A stretch of DNA of 64,000 nt from Octopus sinensis (GCF_006345805.1 NC_043014.1:7316001-7380000), one strand, 5' to 3'; counted from the stretch's first letter, positions 23,961 to 36,774 are shown. The notes: a model not told the origin generated them from the sequence alone. Numbers and translations are program-made.

Positions 23961-24334
23961 GTACCCCCACTACCACTTGACAACTAGTGTTGGTTTGTTT
24001 GCATCCCCATAATGTAGCGGCTAGGCAAGAGAACAATAGGATAAGTAACGGGCTTGAAATAATTTATACAAGGGCTGGCTTGTTTAATTAAACCTTTGAA
24101 GGCAGTCAGTGCCCCAGCATGGCCACAGCCCAATGACTGAAAAAAAGACTAAGATAATTTATACATGAAAAGTGGTAATAAATAAATAAATAAATAACTG
24201 AGAAGCAAAAAAACAACAAAAAATAAGTGAAAATAAAAATTTAAATAAATAAATAATAGAGGAATGTTGGAATTTTCCAGACTGTTCGACCTTGTCTTTT
24301 GATGTTTCTGTGTTCAATACTTGTCATTGCTTAC

Positions 24335-24409
24335 TTTGAAATCTGTTTGGTTTTTCTGAGATTAACCACAAACATATCTTCAAAAGCTTGTTCTTGCATC
24401 TTTGGACCT
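24335..24409 (-). CDS. TDRD12: Probable exon 9, symmetric 75 nt (GPKMQEQAFEDMFVVNLRKTKQIS)
   Basis: tgtctgtgcag acceptor (weak pyrimidine tract) and GTAAGC donor. Open in phase 2-2. No homology support; it can be skipped in frame. Confidence 0.55.
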
Positions 24410-24528
24410 CTGCACAGACATGGTGACTCACAGACACAATGTTTTAACCCTTTAGTATTCAGATTAGGTTCTCAAAAGATACCGTTTATTTATTCACGTT
24501 TCTAATAAACCTTTATGTCCAAAGCCTT

Positions 24529-24923
24529 CTCATAATCTTGGCCCTAAATGTTCATGTTTGTGTTCGGCCCTTTAGCAAACCCTTTAATATGTCGAGTACT
24601 ACAGAACTTTCCTTATTCCAAAGTTACTCATAATCTTGGCCCTAAATATTCATGTTTGTGTTCGGCCCTTTAGCAAACCCTTTAATATGTCGAGTACTAC
24701 AGAACTTTCCTTATTCCAAAGTTACTCATAATCTTGGCCCTAAATATTCATGTTTGTGTTCGGCCCTTTAGCAAACCCTTTAATATGTCGAGTACTACAG
24801 AACTTTCCTTAGTCCAAAGTTACTCATAAGCTCGGCCCTAAATGTTCATGTTTGTGTTCGGCCCTTTAGTAAACCCTTTCATATGTTGGGTAATACAGAA
24901 CTTTCCTTAGTCCAAAGTTACTC
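24529..24923. repeat. 98-bp tandem repeat x4, following a TTAA-MITE left end at ~24446
   Basis: Units start at 24529, 24627, 24725 and 24823. Confidence 0.92.
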
Positions 24924-25334
24924 TGGTGGTTGGAAAATCTGGGAATGTGGATTATATGTGATGCATGGAGCCAGGGAAGTGTGTCCAATGTATCACGTGT
25001 AAAACACAGGACAGGCAATAAATTAATCGCTTGTTATCGCAGAGTGTTGAGATTTTAACGATCAGATTTGTTTTATATTTGAAATGAGACTGTAGGAGAA
25101 ATGTGAGAAACCAGATCTGACCAATTTGAATATTTGGGTTGGATAAGACCAGTTGAAAAGCTGAAGGATTTGTACATCTAAGAGAAACAGCTCTGGCAAA
25201 GAAGGCACCATTAGAATCAACAGCTGAAAGGGGTTACACCCCTCTTAATCACAAAGATGGTTCTTGAAAATTTCCAAGGATTGAGAAACAAGGTTATTTT
25301 AAGCTTTGAGCATTTAGATTACTCTGTCAAATGT

Positions 25335-26460
25335 AATCTTTTACTTGTTTCAGTCATTCGACTGTGGCCATGCTGGAGCACCGCCTTTAGTCGAGCAACT
25401 CGACCCCGGGACTTATTCTTTGTAAGCCCAGTACTTATTCTATCGGCCTCTTTTGCCAAACCGCTAAGTGACAGGGACGTAAACACACCAGCATCGGTTG
25501 TCAAGCAATGCTAGGGGAACAAACACATACACATATATATATACATATATACGACAGGCTTCTTTCAGTTTCTGTCTACCAAATCCACTCACAAGGCATT
25601 GGTCGGCCCAGGGCTATAGCAGAAGACACTTGCCCAAGATGCCACGCAGTGGGACTGAACCCGGAACCATGTGGTTGGTTAGCAAGCTACTTACCACACA
25701 GCCACATGTCTATTTATTCACATTTTTGGGGGTTTACCCTGCATAATCTCATAGCTTTGTTATTTTGATGATGTGACCGTTTACTTTTAGAATGACATTG
25801 TAAGGTAGGTGGGAGAGGTCAGATCTGGCCAGTTTGACCAAAAAAAAAAAAAAAAAAACAATATTTGGGCTGGATAATACAGATTGTAATACTAAAGAGT
25901 TAATCACAATGTCCACCTACACATCACAAAAGTTTCAATTCTTCACAAATTCCAAGACTCTTTTAAACCAAAGTATTCTTCATTCAGTTTGGGGAAGTTG
26001 CTTTCCTCATCTAAGAAAGCCGATCAAATTATTTTGACCATAGGCGCAGGAGTGGCTGTGTGGTAAGTACCTTGCTAACCGACCACATGGTTCCATGTTC
26101 AGTCCCACTGCGTGGCATCTTGGGCAAGTGTCTTCTGCTATAGCCACGGGCCGACCAATGCCTTGTGAGTGGATTTGGTAGACAGAAACTGAAAGAAGCC
26201 TGTCGTATATATGTATATATATATATATATATATGTATGTGCGTGTGTGTTTGTGTGTCTGTGTTTGTCCCCCTAGCATTGCTTGACAACCGATGCTGGT
26301 GTGTTTACGTCCCCATCACTTAGCGGTTCGGCAAAAGAGACCGATAGAATAAGTACTGGGCTTACAAAGGATAAGTCCCGGGGTCGAGTTGCTCGACTAA
26401 AGGCGGTGCTCCAGCATGGGCGCAGCCAAATGACTGAAACAAGTAAAAGAGTAAAAGAAT
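25335..26460. mobile_element. Head-to-head SINE family A pair (25335-25708 minus; 26040-26460 plus)
   Basis: Two highly similar copies in opposite orientation about 330 bp apart. Confidence 0.85.
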
Positions 26461-26589
26461 AAACACTTCCTACACCAAACAGTTGCAGAAAAGTTCAATG
26501 ACATCTTGGAGGACAGAAACGGTCAATGCTTAGTATTTGGCACTAGTAAAAGTTGACTAAATGGAATTAAGTTTATTTTGCTCATAGTA

Positions 26590-26629
<40 letters not shown>

Positions 26630-26721
26630 TATGTATAATAATTATTTGAGGGAATATTATTCCTAACTTACAGGGAAAAATTCAATTTAGAAAAACTAAT
26701 TCAAATTTCACAAAATATAAT

Positions 26722-26915
26722 ATATATATATATCTAAATTAGAAAAAAACACCTTTTATCAATTCAAAATAAACAATTAATTACTTAATCATTGGTATAT
26801 ATATTATTGTTATTTAATTTGTAATATTTCTATTATATGTAATTTTCTAGATGGTGTAATTAAATTGTTCATTTTGAATTGATAAAAGGTGGGTTTTTTT
26901 CTAATTTATATATAT
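26722..26915. repeat. AT-rich inverted repeat with ~60-bp arms between (TA)n tracts
   Basis: aaattagaaaaaaacaccttttatcaattcaaaat vs attttgaattgataaaaggtgggtttttttctaattt. Confidence 0.7.
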
Positions 26916-27971
26916 ATATATAAATGAGCACCTACATCATTTATATATACGCATGTATATATATATATATATATAGTGTATAAATATATATATGATGGAC
27001 TTTTTCCTTCAAAGGGCCACACATGAGTGTGCAGCTTTTGCTAAATGACCCCTACAAATGATATGGTTATAGTGACCAAATCTATGTGCTGTACATTAGC
27101 TGACTCCCTCCATCAAATTGATGTTGTCTGGACACGTGCACAAGTGTACCACGGGTCAGGTGTTCAGGTGTCAAAAGTTATTACAGAGCGATGTGAGATG
27201 AAGTGTTTTGCTCAAGAACACAAAAGCACCACCAGGTCTAGGAATTGAAACCATGCTCTTGCGATCATGAGTGCAACACTCTACCCACTTGACCATGCAT
27301 CCACATACACGCCTATACTAATAGATATGTTGCCATAAGTTGTTATACAATAACAAGTACTAACAAAACCTAAAACAGAAGACAACTATTACACAACTAC
27401 GAGAAATATTTTATTTTTAAAAAAAAGTATCATTAAATGAAAATATGCTACTTTGATTGCCAAACAGGTAACTTTCAGGTAATCAAATGGCAGGTTTTGA
27501 GACATGTCAGCTTTCAAATTTAGAAAATCAGCCTATGATTGTACCCCGTAATTCCTCGATGATGGTGAACCCATATTGGTAGATTCTATTTTTGAGATAT
27601 GTTTACATGAAGAAATCAGGAATAGTTGATTCCGGAGATTTTGGAGGTCATTCACAATATGTTCCCCATAATACCACCTGGTAATCAGTTTACCTTTTTG
27701 AGATCGTCTCTGGTTCTATGATGTAAACTTCCTGATTTAAAGAGACCTTAATTAGAACCTACCACCAAAACTGCATGTTAGTTTATACTAAATTAACTAA
27801 CTAACTAAAATTCCAAACACCAGGTTAGCCATTTCTGGTGCCAACCTATCAGAGATCATCTCTAGTTCTATGTTTACAAGCGATTACTTCAAGTTAAATA
27901 CTTCCAAACATTAGCTAAATAATGATAAGGTTATTTTACTAAATACTTCGTTATCAAAATTAATTGAAACA

Positions 27972-28334
27972 AGAGCACTTTGAGAGCGCAGACCTCCACC
28001 AAGGCAACACCAATGTCCTCTCAACGATTAGCCAGAGATGATTTTTAAAATGAGAATATCTGAAATAAACTCGATTGCTCTTGTAAATGAGAATATTAAA
28101 AAAATGAACCTAACTGCTCTCAAAAATTAAGTAAAAAAATAGGAAAAATAATCCAGAACCCACGTCCGGTATCAGATTGATCCCAAAATCTAATCAGTTT
28201 GTGCCAGTCAAGAGGCTAAAAATCCCTGAAAGTTTCATCTGAATCCATCCAGCAGTTCTTGAGATATCTTGTCCACGGGCAAACAAAGAGAACTGAAAAC
28301 AATACTTCTACCTTAGCAAAGGCGGAGGTAATAA
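27972..28334 (-). mobile_element. HINE/DINE-1-like (Helentron-associated) element nested in a TTAA MITE
   Basis: Sub-terminal IRs acctccgcc / ggtggaggt, a partial internal IR and a short 3' hairpin gcgct-ctcaa-agtgc. Confidence 0.65.
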
Positions 28335-29016
28335 AGGCAGGGTATTTCAGCAGGAATATGGTAACACAAAATGGTTAAACTGACTTAGATTAATAGCTTC
28401 CAACAAAACTTCACGTTATTTTCCAAACACCAACTTAATTCATTTCATAACAAATTCAACCAAGATCTCCCTTAATTCATACAATACACACTGCTTGTTT
28501 TGAAGTATCTAAATTAAAAATTTTCGTCCATGAAATCTTCATCTTAATTAACGTTCCAAACACGAGCTTAATAACAACGGAATTATTTCGATAAATTCTT
28601 TATACTTTTCAAAATTAATAACTGAAACAAAGTCTGTGTATTTCAACAGAAACAAGGTAACGAAAGGGTCAGGTCATTCATTTAGTCTTTGTATGAACCA
28701 AAGGACGTAAATTACGTAAATTTAAATCTTACAAAAAAATTTTTTTAATCTTTTAAAAAGCAGTGGTGTTTGCCTGATCAGTTCTCTTCATAGAATTAAA
28801 CTGAGATTGAATCTGTCTTCATTTCATGCTTGTATGAAATTGAAGGTAAATTTGCATAAATCTAAATCTTTCGAAATGAGTAGTGATGTTTGACTGATGT
28901 TCAATTGTGGTATATAACATTGTCCGACAGGGGGGGGTGCATTGTTAATTGAACGTGCACCCAATCACAGTGCTTGGAGCAAAGCAGTATATCAATCCTT
29001 CAACAGGGTGGTGGAT

Positions 29017-29511
29017 CATTTTTGGAACCCTAATTATCATTGAAATGGAACCAGGTACTAAAGTAGATAGTCTTGCTTAACCCTTAACCCATCTAAATCA
29101 TTTTCATAAATTCGTCCTAAACATCCATGCTCGTTTTCAAAAGACCTTTGTTTTCATACACTGAGCAATATAAAGATTTCCCATTTTTGGAACCCTCATT
29201 ATCATTGAAATGGAACCAGGTACTAAAGTAGATAGTTTTGCTTAACCCTTAACCCATCTAAATCATTTTCATAAATTCGTCCTAAACATCCTTGCTCATT
29301 TTCAAAAGACCCTTGTTTTCATAAACCAAGTAATATAAAGATTTCCCATTTTTGGAACCCTCATTATCATTGAAATGGAACCAGGTACTAAAGTAGATAG
29401 TCTTGCTTAACCCTTAACCCATCTAAATCATTTTCATAAATTCGTCCTAAACATCCATGCTTGTTTTCAAAAGACCCTTGTTTTCATAAACCAAGTAATA
29501 TAAAGATTTCC
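29017..29511. repeat. 165-bp tandem repeat x3
   Basis: Units start at 29017, 29182 and 29347. Confidence 0.92.
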
Positions 29512-29860
29512 TTTCATAAGGTCCAAGTTACTCAGGTGGTTGAAATTAAAATGAAAATCTCTATGATTACGAACAACGGGGGAAAATATGTCTTGTGTAC
29601 CACATGTGATATACAGGACAAGGAAAAGTACACCACATGTGTTTCTGCATTATTCTAATGTATCTGACTCATGCTTCTGAAATTAAAATGTGTTATTGTT
29701 CTAAAGCAAAATTAATTGGTTAATGACTCCAGCAATCAGTTCAATAATTATTGTATAACGAACTTATGACAAACATCATATATTAAAACAAAATAACATT
29801 TCTGAAGAACAAGATATCTAGGTATCTATCAGTTATTGTTTCTGTCTGTCTGTCTGTCTC

Positions 29861-29958
<98 letters not shown>

Positions 29959-30231
29959 AATGAAAAAAAAAAACTCAAAATTTTCAGAGCAGTTATAACT
30001 GTTCACAAAACTAAACAGTACCACCTTAGGGTACTTAAATCTAGGTAGAGAAGGCCAATGACCCCTAAATGTATTTTGACTTTTGTTACAGACATATGGC
30101 CACTCACATGCTTGTGCATAGCATGGAACAGAGAATTCTGAAAGACAAGGTCGAAAGTCTGGAAATTCTAACATTACACTGGAGTTACTCATTATGGAAA
30201 ATGTAGATATGGAAATGAAAAGGGAAATTAC

Positions 30232-31905
30232 TTCTTGAGGAAAACATCACTTTGGTTAGAAGATCTGCTATGAAGACATTTGCCAATGCTAAGCTTAGAT
30301 ATTTCTTCTGGCACCTCTGAATTTCTTTGGTATTTATCGAGTTCAGGTTCTGAGCATTTGGAGTCATTGCCCCTCTCTGGTCTGATCCATTTTGATTGTG
30401 GCGATGAAGCTGATTGATTGAACTGAATTTTACAGTCAGATAATAACAATGATGACGCTGACGATGACGATGGTAATGATTTTGGACTTGTGTTTTCCAT
30501 AGTAGTCTTTGCACTACAAACTGTACTTTCACTCTCAGCTGGACCATGCCACGAGGAAGCATCGGATGTCCTTCTTACGGATCTTAAGTGACTGAGGATC
30601 AGGTCTAATTCATCATTATCATCTTCCTGATCACAACGCCTGTAAAAAAGTCCCTGTTTGTTGTTGTTTCTGCTGTCATTATTACTTTCATTGCCACTAT
30701 TTTTATTCTGGGAAGCAGGGTGACTCTCTGAGCTGGAAAATACTTCGGAGCTACGGTGGAGAGAGAAATTTGAAGAATTCTTTGGCGCATTCTTGCCACT
30801 GGCATTGAGCGGTGGTTGGTAGATTTCCTCCGTAGAAAGCGACCCATCCGAAGAAATTTCCTCCAAAGTCGGAATAGACCTTAATGATGATCATTTGACG
30901 AGATTTTATTATGGTTCCCTAAAATCCGATTAATCTTATGAATCCTGCTGCCTGCACGGTCACTATCACCCCTACCTGATGGCAATACATCTCCAATCAC
31001 AGACTGTCCCCTAATTATTTCTTCTTCGTCCAAACTATTCCCATGATTGTAATCACTGGAACAAGATCCCTGCGAATTCATTGCAGAACTGTTCCACTTA
31101 TTAGCTTTCCCAATTCTGCTATGGTCTGACGATGACTGACCACTGGTGTTATGTAAATGCTGACTGACCTTCTGATCTGAAACGTCCTGGTTAGTGACCG
31201 GTGTTATCATTTTCGATTTTCTCAAGCAAGATACCCTTGAATGAGAATCCTTATTGTTATTACAGGCAGTCAGGCCCCAGTTAAGTAGCTTTCCTCTTCC
31301 TTTTCCTTGCCCCCGTCCTCTTCCTGCCAAAGCAAAAGGTGTTGCTATATCGATATTTTCTCTACTACCAAGATGACTCTTCCTATGAGGCTCCTTAGAA
31401 CTTCTCAAAATGTCTGGAGACTCTTTTGGGATATCTTCAAGCTGTGGAAGTCGAGGAGCACTTTCGGTCAAGGATGGACTTGAACTGCCATCAGTGTTCT
31501 CTTTGTCGCCCTCTCTGTCTCCTCTATGTAAAACCGATTCCGGAGAATTGTACTTCTGACGCTGGCTTTTAACTTTCTCTAAATATTGTATGTAACCCCT
31601 TCTGGTGTGAATGGAAGGTGATGAGTCGCTATCAGAACTTGTAGAAACTTGTCTGAAGCTGGATGGTGAGCGATGGGAGTTACACACACCTTTCAGTGAC
31701 CTTTCAGGTTTCTTTCTTTCAATGGCTTCATCAGGAGTTAAAGAATCGGGCAGAAATGAGCCGTAATACTTGGCAGATTCTTTACTGTGGCAATTCTTCA
31801 AAGGTATTGGAGAGAGACTATCACGTACTTTGCTGCTGCTCATATCTTCAGAAGATGATACAGAATTCTGTTCTGGTTCTTCTTCAGACAAATTCGAGAT
31901 GTGAC
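30232..31905 (-). CDS. TDRD12: TDRD12-like exon 8, large Ser-rich disordered linker with a 1-nt frameshift at ~30890
   Basis: Acceptor tttacttctgcag gives a phase 1 start. ORFs 30881-32029 and 30228-30866 have the same composition and are offset by one base. Donor GTAATT at 30231 is phase 2 in the second frame, matching the downstream exons. Confidence 0.8.
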
Positions 31906-31923
31906 CTGCAGAAGTAAATAATT

Positions 31924-32372
31924 GAGAGAAATTAGACAGTCTAAATGTAAGATTCAAGGGGAAATAACTGCTAACAGCACAAACAATAGCAGTAGCAACA
32001 ATTGTTTCTAATAAAAGTTGAAGGGCCAAAAATTTGGAGCCAGGTTGGGGACAGTCAATTACATCAACCTCAGTACTTAAATGGTACTTTATTTTATCAA
32101 CCCTGAAAGGATAAAAGCAAAGTTGACTTCAGCAGGATTTGAACTCACGAGAGAAATTAGACAGTCTAAATGTAAGATTCAAGGGGAAATAACTGCTAAC
32201 AGCACAAACAATAGCAGTAGCAACAATTGTTTCTAATAAAAGTTGAAGGGCCAAAAATTTGGAGCCAGGTTGGGGACAGTCAATTACATCAACCTCAGTA
32301 CTTAAATGGTACTTTATTTTATCAACCCTGAAAGGATAAAAGCAAAGTTGACTTCAGCAGGATTTGAACTCA
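31924..32372. repeat. Apparently identical 225-bp tandem duplication
   Basis: 31924-32147 matches 32149-32372. Confidence 0.9.
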
Positions 32373-33489
32373 GAATATGAAGAGTCAGAAGAAATGATGC
32401 AAAGCTTTTTGTCCAACAAACAAACAATTCTTTTCGTACCACATCATCATCATCATCATCATCATCGTTTAGCGTCCGTTTTCCATGCTAGCATGGGTTG
32501 GACGGGTCAACTGGGGTCTGTGAAGCTGGAAGGCTTCGTCAGGCCCAGTCAGATCTGGCAGTGTTTCTACGGCTGGATGCCCTTCCTAACGCAACCACTC
32601 CGCGAGTGTAGTGGGTGTTTTTTACGTGCCACCTGCACAGGTGCCAGACAGAGCTGGCGAACGGCCACGAACGGATGGTGCTTTTACGTGTCACCGGCAC
32701 GGGGCCAGGCGATGCTGGCAACGGACACGAACGGATGGTGCTTTTACGTGCCACCGACACGGGGCCAGACAGAGCTGGCAACCGGCCACAAACGGACGGT
32801 GCTTTTACGTGTCACCGGCACGGGGTCCAGCCGAGGCTGGCAACGGACGCGAACGGATGGTGCTTTTACGTGCCACCGACACAGCAATAATTTCTGAGAT
32901 TGTCAATGTTGTCTTTAAACGTAAGTACAGGATGCAGCAGAAAACCCACCTCTCAAAGGACAACTCTCTGACAGCCTAAGTCCACCTTGTCCAACACGTG
33001 GCCAGCACTCCACGAAAGCAAAAACTATTCCCAACCCACTCACTCACGTAAAAGTCACCATTCGAGCGGGATCGTTACCAAAGTTGCCTTACTGGCACCT
33101 GTGCCGGTGGCACGTGTAAAAAGATTCGAGCGAGGTCATTGCCAGTACCGCCAGACTGGCCCCGTGCCGGTGGCACGTAAAAGCACCCACTACACTCTCA
33201 GAGTGATTGGCGTTAGGAAGGGCATCCAGCTGTAGAAACTCTGCCAGATCAAGATTGAAGTCTGGTGCAGCCATCTGGTTCGCCAGCCCTCAGTCAAAAT
33301 CATCTAACCCATACTAGCATGGAAAGGGGACGTTAAACGATGATGATGATGAAGTGAAGGTTGTCATTATCATGCAAGGGTCAGCAAGGAAACACAGAGA
33401 TTTGTACATCTTGAACCAAATGACCGACAACAAGAACGAGCTTTTTGGTGAGTACCTTTGCCAAAATATTTAGCTCTGTGATTACATTC

Positions 33490-33718
33490 TCTTTTACTCT
33501 TTTACTTGTTTCAGTCATTTGACTGCGGCCATGTTGGAGCACCGCCTTTAGTCGAGCAAATCGACTCCGGGACTTATTCTTTGTAAGCCCAGTACTTATT
33601 CTATCGGTCTTTTTTTGCCGAACCGCTAAGTGACGGAGACGTAAATACACCAGCATCGGTTGTCAAGCAATGCTAGGGGGACAAACACAGACACACAAAC
33701 ATACACACACACATACAT

Positions 33719-33770
<52 letters not shown>

Positions 33771-33942
33771 CATATATACGACAGGCTTCTTTCAGTTTCC
33801 GTCTACCAAATCCACTCACAAGGCATTGGTCGGCCCGGGGCTATAGCAGAAGACACTTGCCCAAGATGCCACGCAACGGGACTGAACCCGGAAACATGTG
33901 GTTGGTGAACAAGCTACTTACCACACAGCCACTCCTGCGCCT
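33490..33942 (-). mobile_element. SINE family A; further minus copies at ~35050-35442 and ~39108-39585
   Basis: Matches the family A sequence. Confidence 0.85.
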
Positions 33943-34070
33943 GACGTAGATTTGAAAAAACTCCATCACTTCTTTAGAGGAAAATGGCTCCCAAAATGTA
34001 GCCATGCACAAAAACCAAACAATAAATGAAAAGCACCATTACAACTACTATTATTACTACTACTACTTAC

Positions 34071-34214
34071 CAGATCGAAAGATAGCATATTTCTCCTGTA
34101 CAAGACGATCATTCAAGGACACAAGAAACTCCTTGCCTGGTATCTTCAGGTAGAGGTCACCAAAAAGACGAGATGCTTTTTCGGTCTTCACAATAGCTTG
34201 GATCTTGCAGGCCT
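34071..34214 (-). CDS. TDRD12: TDRD12-like exon 7, end of extended Tudor domain (EACKIQAIV...LVSLNDRLVQEKYAIFRS)
   Basis: ttcttcag acceptor and GTAAGT donor, 144 nt, phase 1-1. Resembles VCVNDDLVAKNYACY. Confidence 0.9.
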
Positions 34215-34504
34215 CTGAAGAATTAAATGGGACAGGTTGAAAATGATTTACATCATCGGAACAACAACAACAACAACAACAACCCTTTCTGTTAGAAGCA
34301 CAAGGCTTGAAATTCTGGGGGAAGGGTCCCTGCCAATTACATCGAATTGAAACACAGAGCCTTTCAAAATAAATACAGAAATGAAGGAAGGGCATCCAGC
34401 TGTAGAAACACTGCCAGGTCAGACTGGAGCCTGGTGCTGCCTCCCGGCTTCCCAGACCCAGGTCGAACCATCCAACCCATGCTAGCATGGAAAACAGATG
34501 TTAA

Positions 34505-34724
34505 CCCTTTAGTGTTTAAACCGGCCATATCTGGCCCAAATATTCTACCTATTTTATGTTCAAACTAGTCAGATATGGTCATTCATAGCTACCTTATTCT
34601 GTCATTTCAAAAATAAACAATCACATCATTGAAATCTCAAAGCCATGAAATGATGCAAGATTAATTTTACATGGTGTGAATATATAAGCTTTACATTTGA
34701 CAGAATAATCTGAATGCTAAAGGG
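34505..34724. mobile_element. piggyBac-type MITE with TTAA TSDs; partial relatives at ~7275-7445, ~8185-8410, ~8775-8995 and ~25755-25885
   Basis: TTAA|cccttta...taaaggg|TTAA, inserted in the TTAA of an RTE tail. Confidence 0.85.
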
Positions 34725-34860
34725 TTAAACAATGATGATGATGATGAAAACTGAAGAAAAATTCGACACCATTTCAATGGTGATTCTGAAGGGAGTAGGA
34801 TGGGATCAAGTGAAGATGAACAGCCATGTCAAAAATTGAAAAAGGAGGAAAATTACTTAC

Positions 34861-34916
34861 CCGTAAATAAATCCCTCATAAATGTTGTTACAGATTTATC
34901 CCATACTTTGCAAGGC
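34861..34916 (-). CDS. TDRD12: TDRD12-like exon 6 (PCKVWDKSVTTFMRDLFT)
   Basis: CAG acceptor and GTAAGT donor, 56 nt, phase 2-1. Resembles PAKKWDNAAIQYFQNLL. Confidence 0.9.
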
Positions 34917-35839
34917 CTGGAATTAGAACCGTGAAAATAGTAAACAAAGGAGATTAAATAAGCATTGTTTTGTTTCATTTATGTATGACTAGACATATAC
35001 ATAGACACACACACCTGAGTACATGTGTGTGATTGATGGTATCTCAATGCTCTCTTTTACTTGTTTCAGTCATTTGACTGCGGCCATGCTGGAGCACCGC
35101 CTTTAGTCGAGCAAATCGACCCTGGGACTTATTCTTTTGTAAGCCCAGTACTTATTCTATCGGTCTCTTTTGCCGAACCGCTAAGTGATGGGGACGTAAA
35201 CACACCAGCATCGGTTGTCAAGCAATGCTAGGGGGACAAACACAGACACACAAACATATATATATATACATATATACGACAGGCTTCTTTCAGTTTCCGT
35301 CTACCAAATCCACTCACAAGGCATTGGTCGGCCTGGGGCTATAGCAGAAGACACTTGCCCAAGGTGCCACGCAGTGGGACTGAACCCAGAACCATGTGGT
35401 TGGTTAGCAAGCTACTTACCACACAGCCACTCCTGCGCCTATATAACACTTTTTTATGAAAAAAATAGTCACACCAGGGGCAAAGTTGAACCTCTGTAAC
35501 AGTGATCCTCAGCTGGCCTCCAGCTTCCATAGTTCACACAAAACTTGCCATGACAGATTTTTCTACAGCTGGATGCTTTTCCTGCCCACAACCCTCACGT
35601 TTTCATGCAAGGTGATATTTCCTTTAGTCTTTTGAACATGAACAACTCACTCAATGGCTGGACATGGTTCCATGGACAATTGCTTCGTAAAACCATGGCC
35701 ATCCATTCAGACAGGCATGTCCTCTACTACGTCCCTTACTCAGCTGAGAGATTCTTGAATGATGTAGTAAACATCTGTCGGTCTCAAGATGCCATGGATC
35801 TGCACCCAAAGAAATCATATCAGCTGCTAATGGTGGTGC

Positions 35840-36770
35840 AGCATTTGTTGTGGCTGCAAAGACCTACATAGAAGTGGCAGTCATGCATACAGTGACTGCA
35901 TATGAAGGAGCCCTCTGCCGGCGCAACTGGTTTTCCCTTCTGTCAAGTACGTGTTTCTTTGGTGGTGAGTTCCTGTTTCTCTCCCCCCTCACTTCAACCC
36001 TATTTCTGGTATTTGTCTCCAGCGTGGGCAACCCTTTACAACCTCCTCCCATCTCAGGACGTCCAGGTCAAGCGCCTTCTAGCAGACAGCCTTGAAACGA
36101 AGATGAGGCCATCTTCATGCTCTTGTGCCGGTGGCCAATTACCCACACAGGAGGTCTTCTGGGATCCTCCTGTCCAGCATAAAATGCACATGACCAAGCC
36201 AGCGCAGACAACTCTGCTGGATGATATACACAGATATAAACATTCACACGCATATCTGTACTTACTTGTGGTGACAGCCACCCTGGGCGGGTTGAGTCGG
36301 CTTCTTCTACCACCCACGAGGCATCTCGAACCATGGCAGCCCCCGCACAACAGCCCTGCGCCAGTTCACTAGAGATAGCGAGCCAGTCACGGTTCCATCG
36401 GTGCAGGCCGACCACCTGCGGTCCCGTGAGCACGGAGAGGTCCTCCTTGATCGTCGTAACCCAGGTCTTCAGCTGCCCGCCCGTGCGTTTCAGATAGTTG
36501 AGAAGTGGAGTTGGGAGAAGGACATCACGGCTCAGTTCACCCACCGGACGCCTACATGCAAGACCAAACCACCGCAAGCGCCGTTGCAGAAGGACAGATG
36601 GAAGGGGCCGCAGAGACAGGCGAAGTCGGAGATTGGCGGTGGGAACTCGATCCACCCGACGGCAGCGAAGAATGCACCGGAAGCAGTCATTGTCGAAGAC
36701 TTCCAGCCTTCGTTGATCGACCACCCGCATAGGCCACGTGTCACAGCCATACAGACATACCGTACGCATA
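35840..36770 (-). mobile_element. Two abutting RTE-clade LINE fragments
   Basis: LYGCDTW...RRLEVFDNDCFRCIL...RRLRWFG...LKTW (ORF 36068-36814), plus a frameshifted BovB-like end (FICSHC...GLCSH). Confidence 0.85.
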
Positions 36771-36774
36771 TACA

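Noticed and set aside
27540-27745. Coding-looking stretch on the minus strand (WYYGEHIVNDLQNLRNQ...)
   Set aside because: Only weak splice sites, no phase-compatible strong donor, and not needed for the model. RNA-seq could revive it.
29833-30192. 119-aa minus-strand ORF after exon 8
   Set aside because: It runs into microsatellites and has no recognisable homology; its overlap with segment X is better explained as an RNA element.
30884-30910. Programmed ribosomal frameshift as an explanation for the exon 8 shift
   Set aside because: No X-XXY-YYZ slippery heptamer is present.
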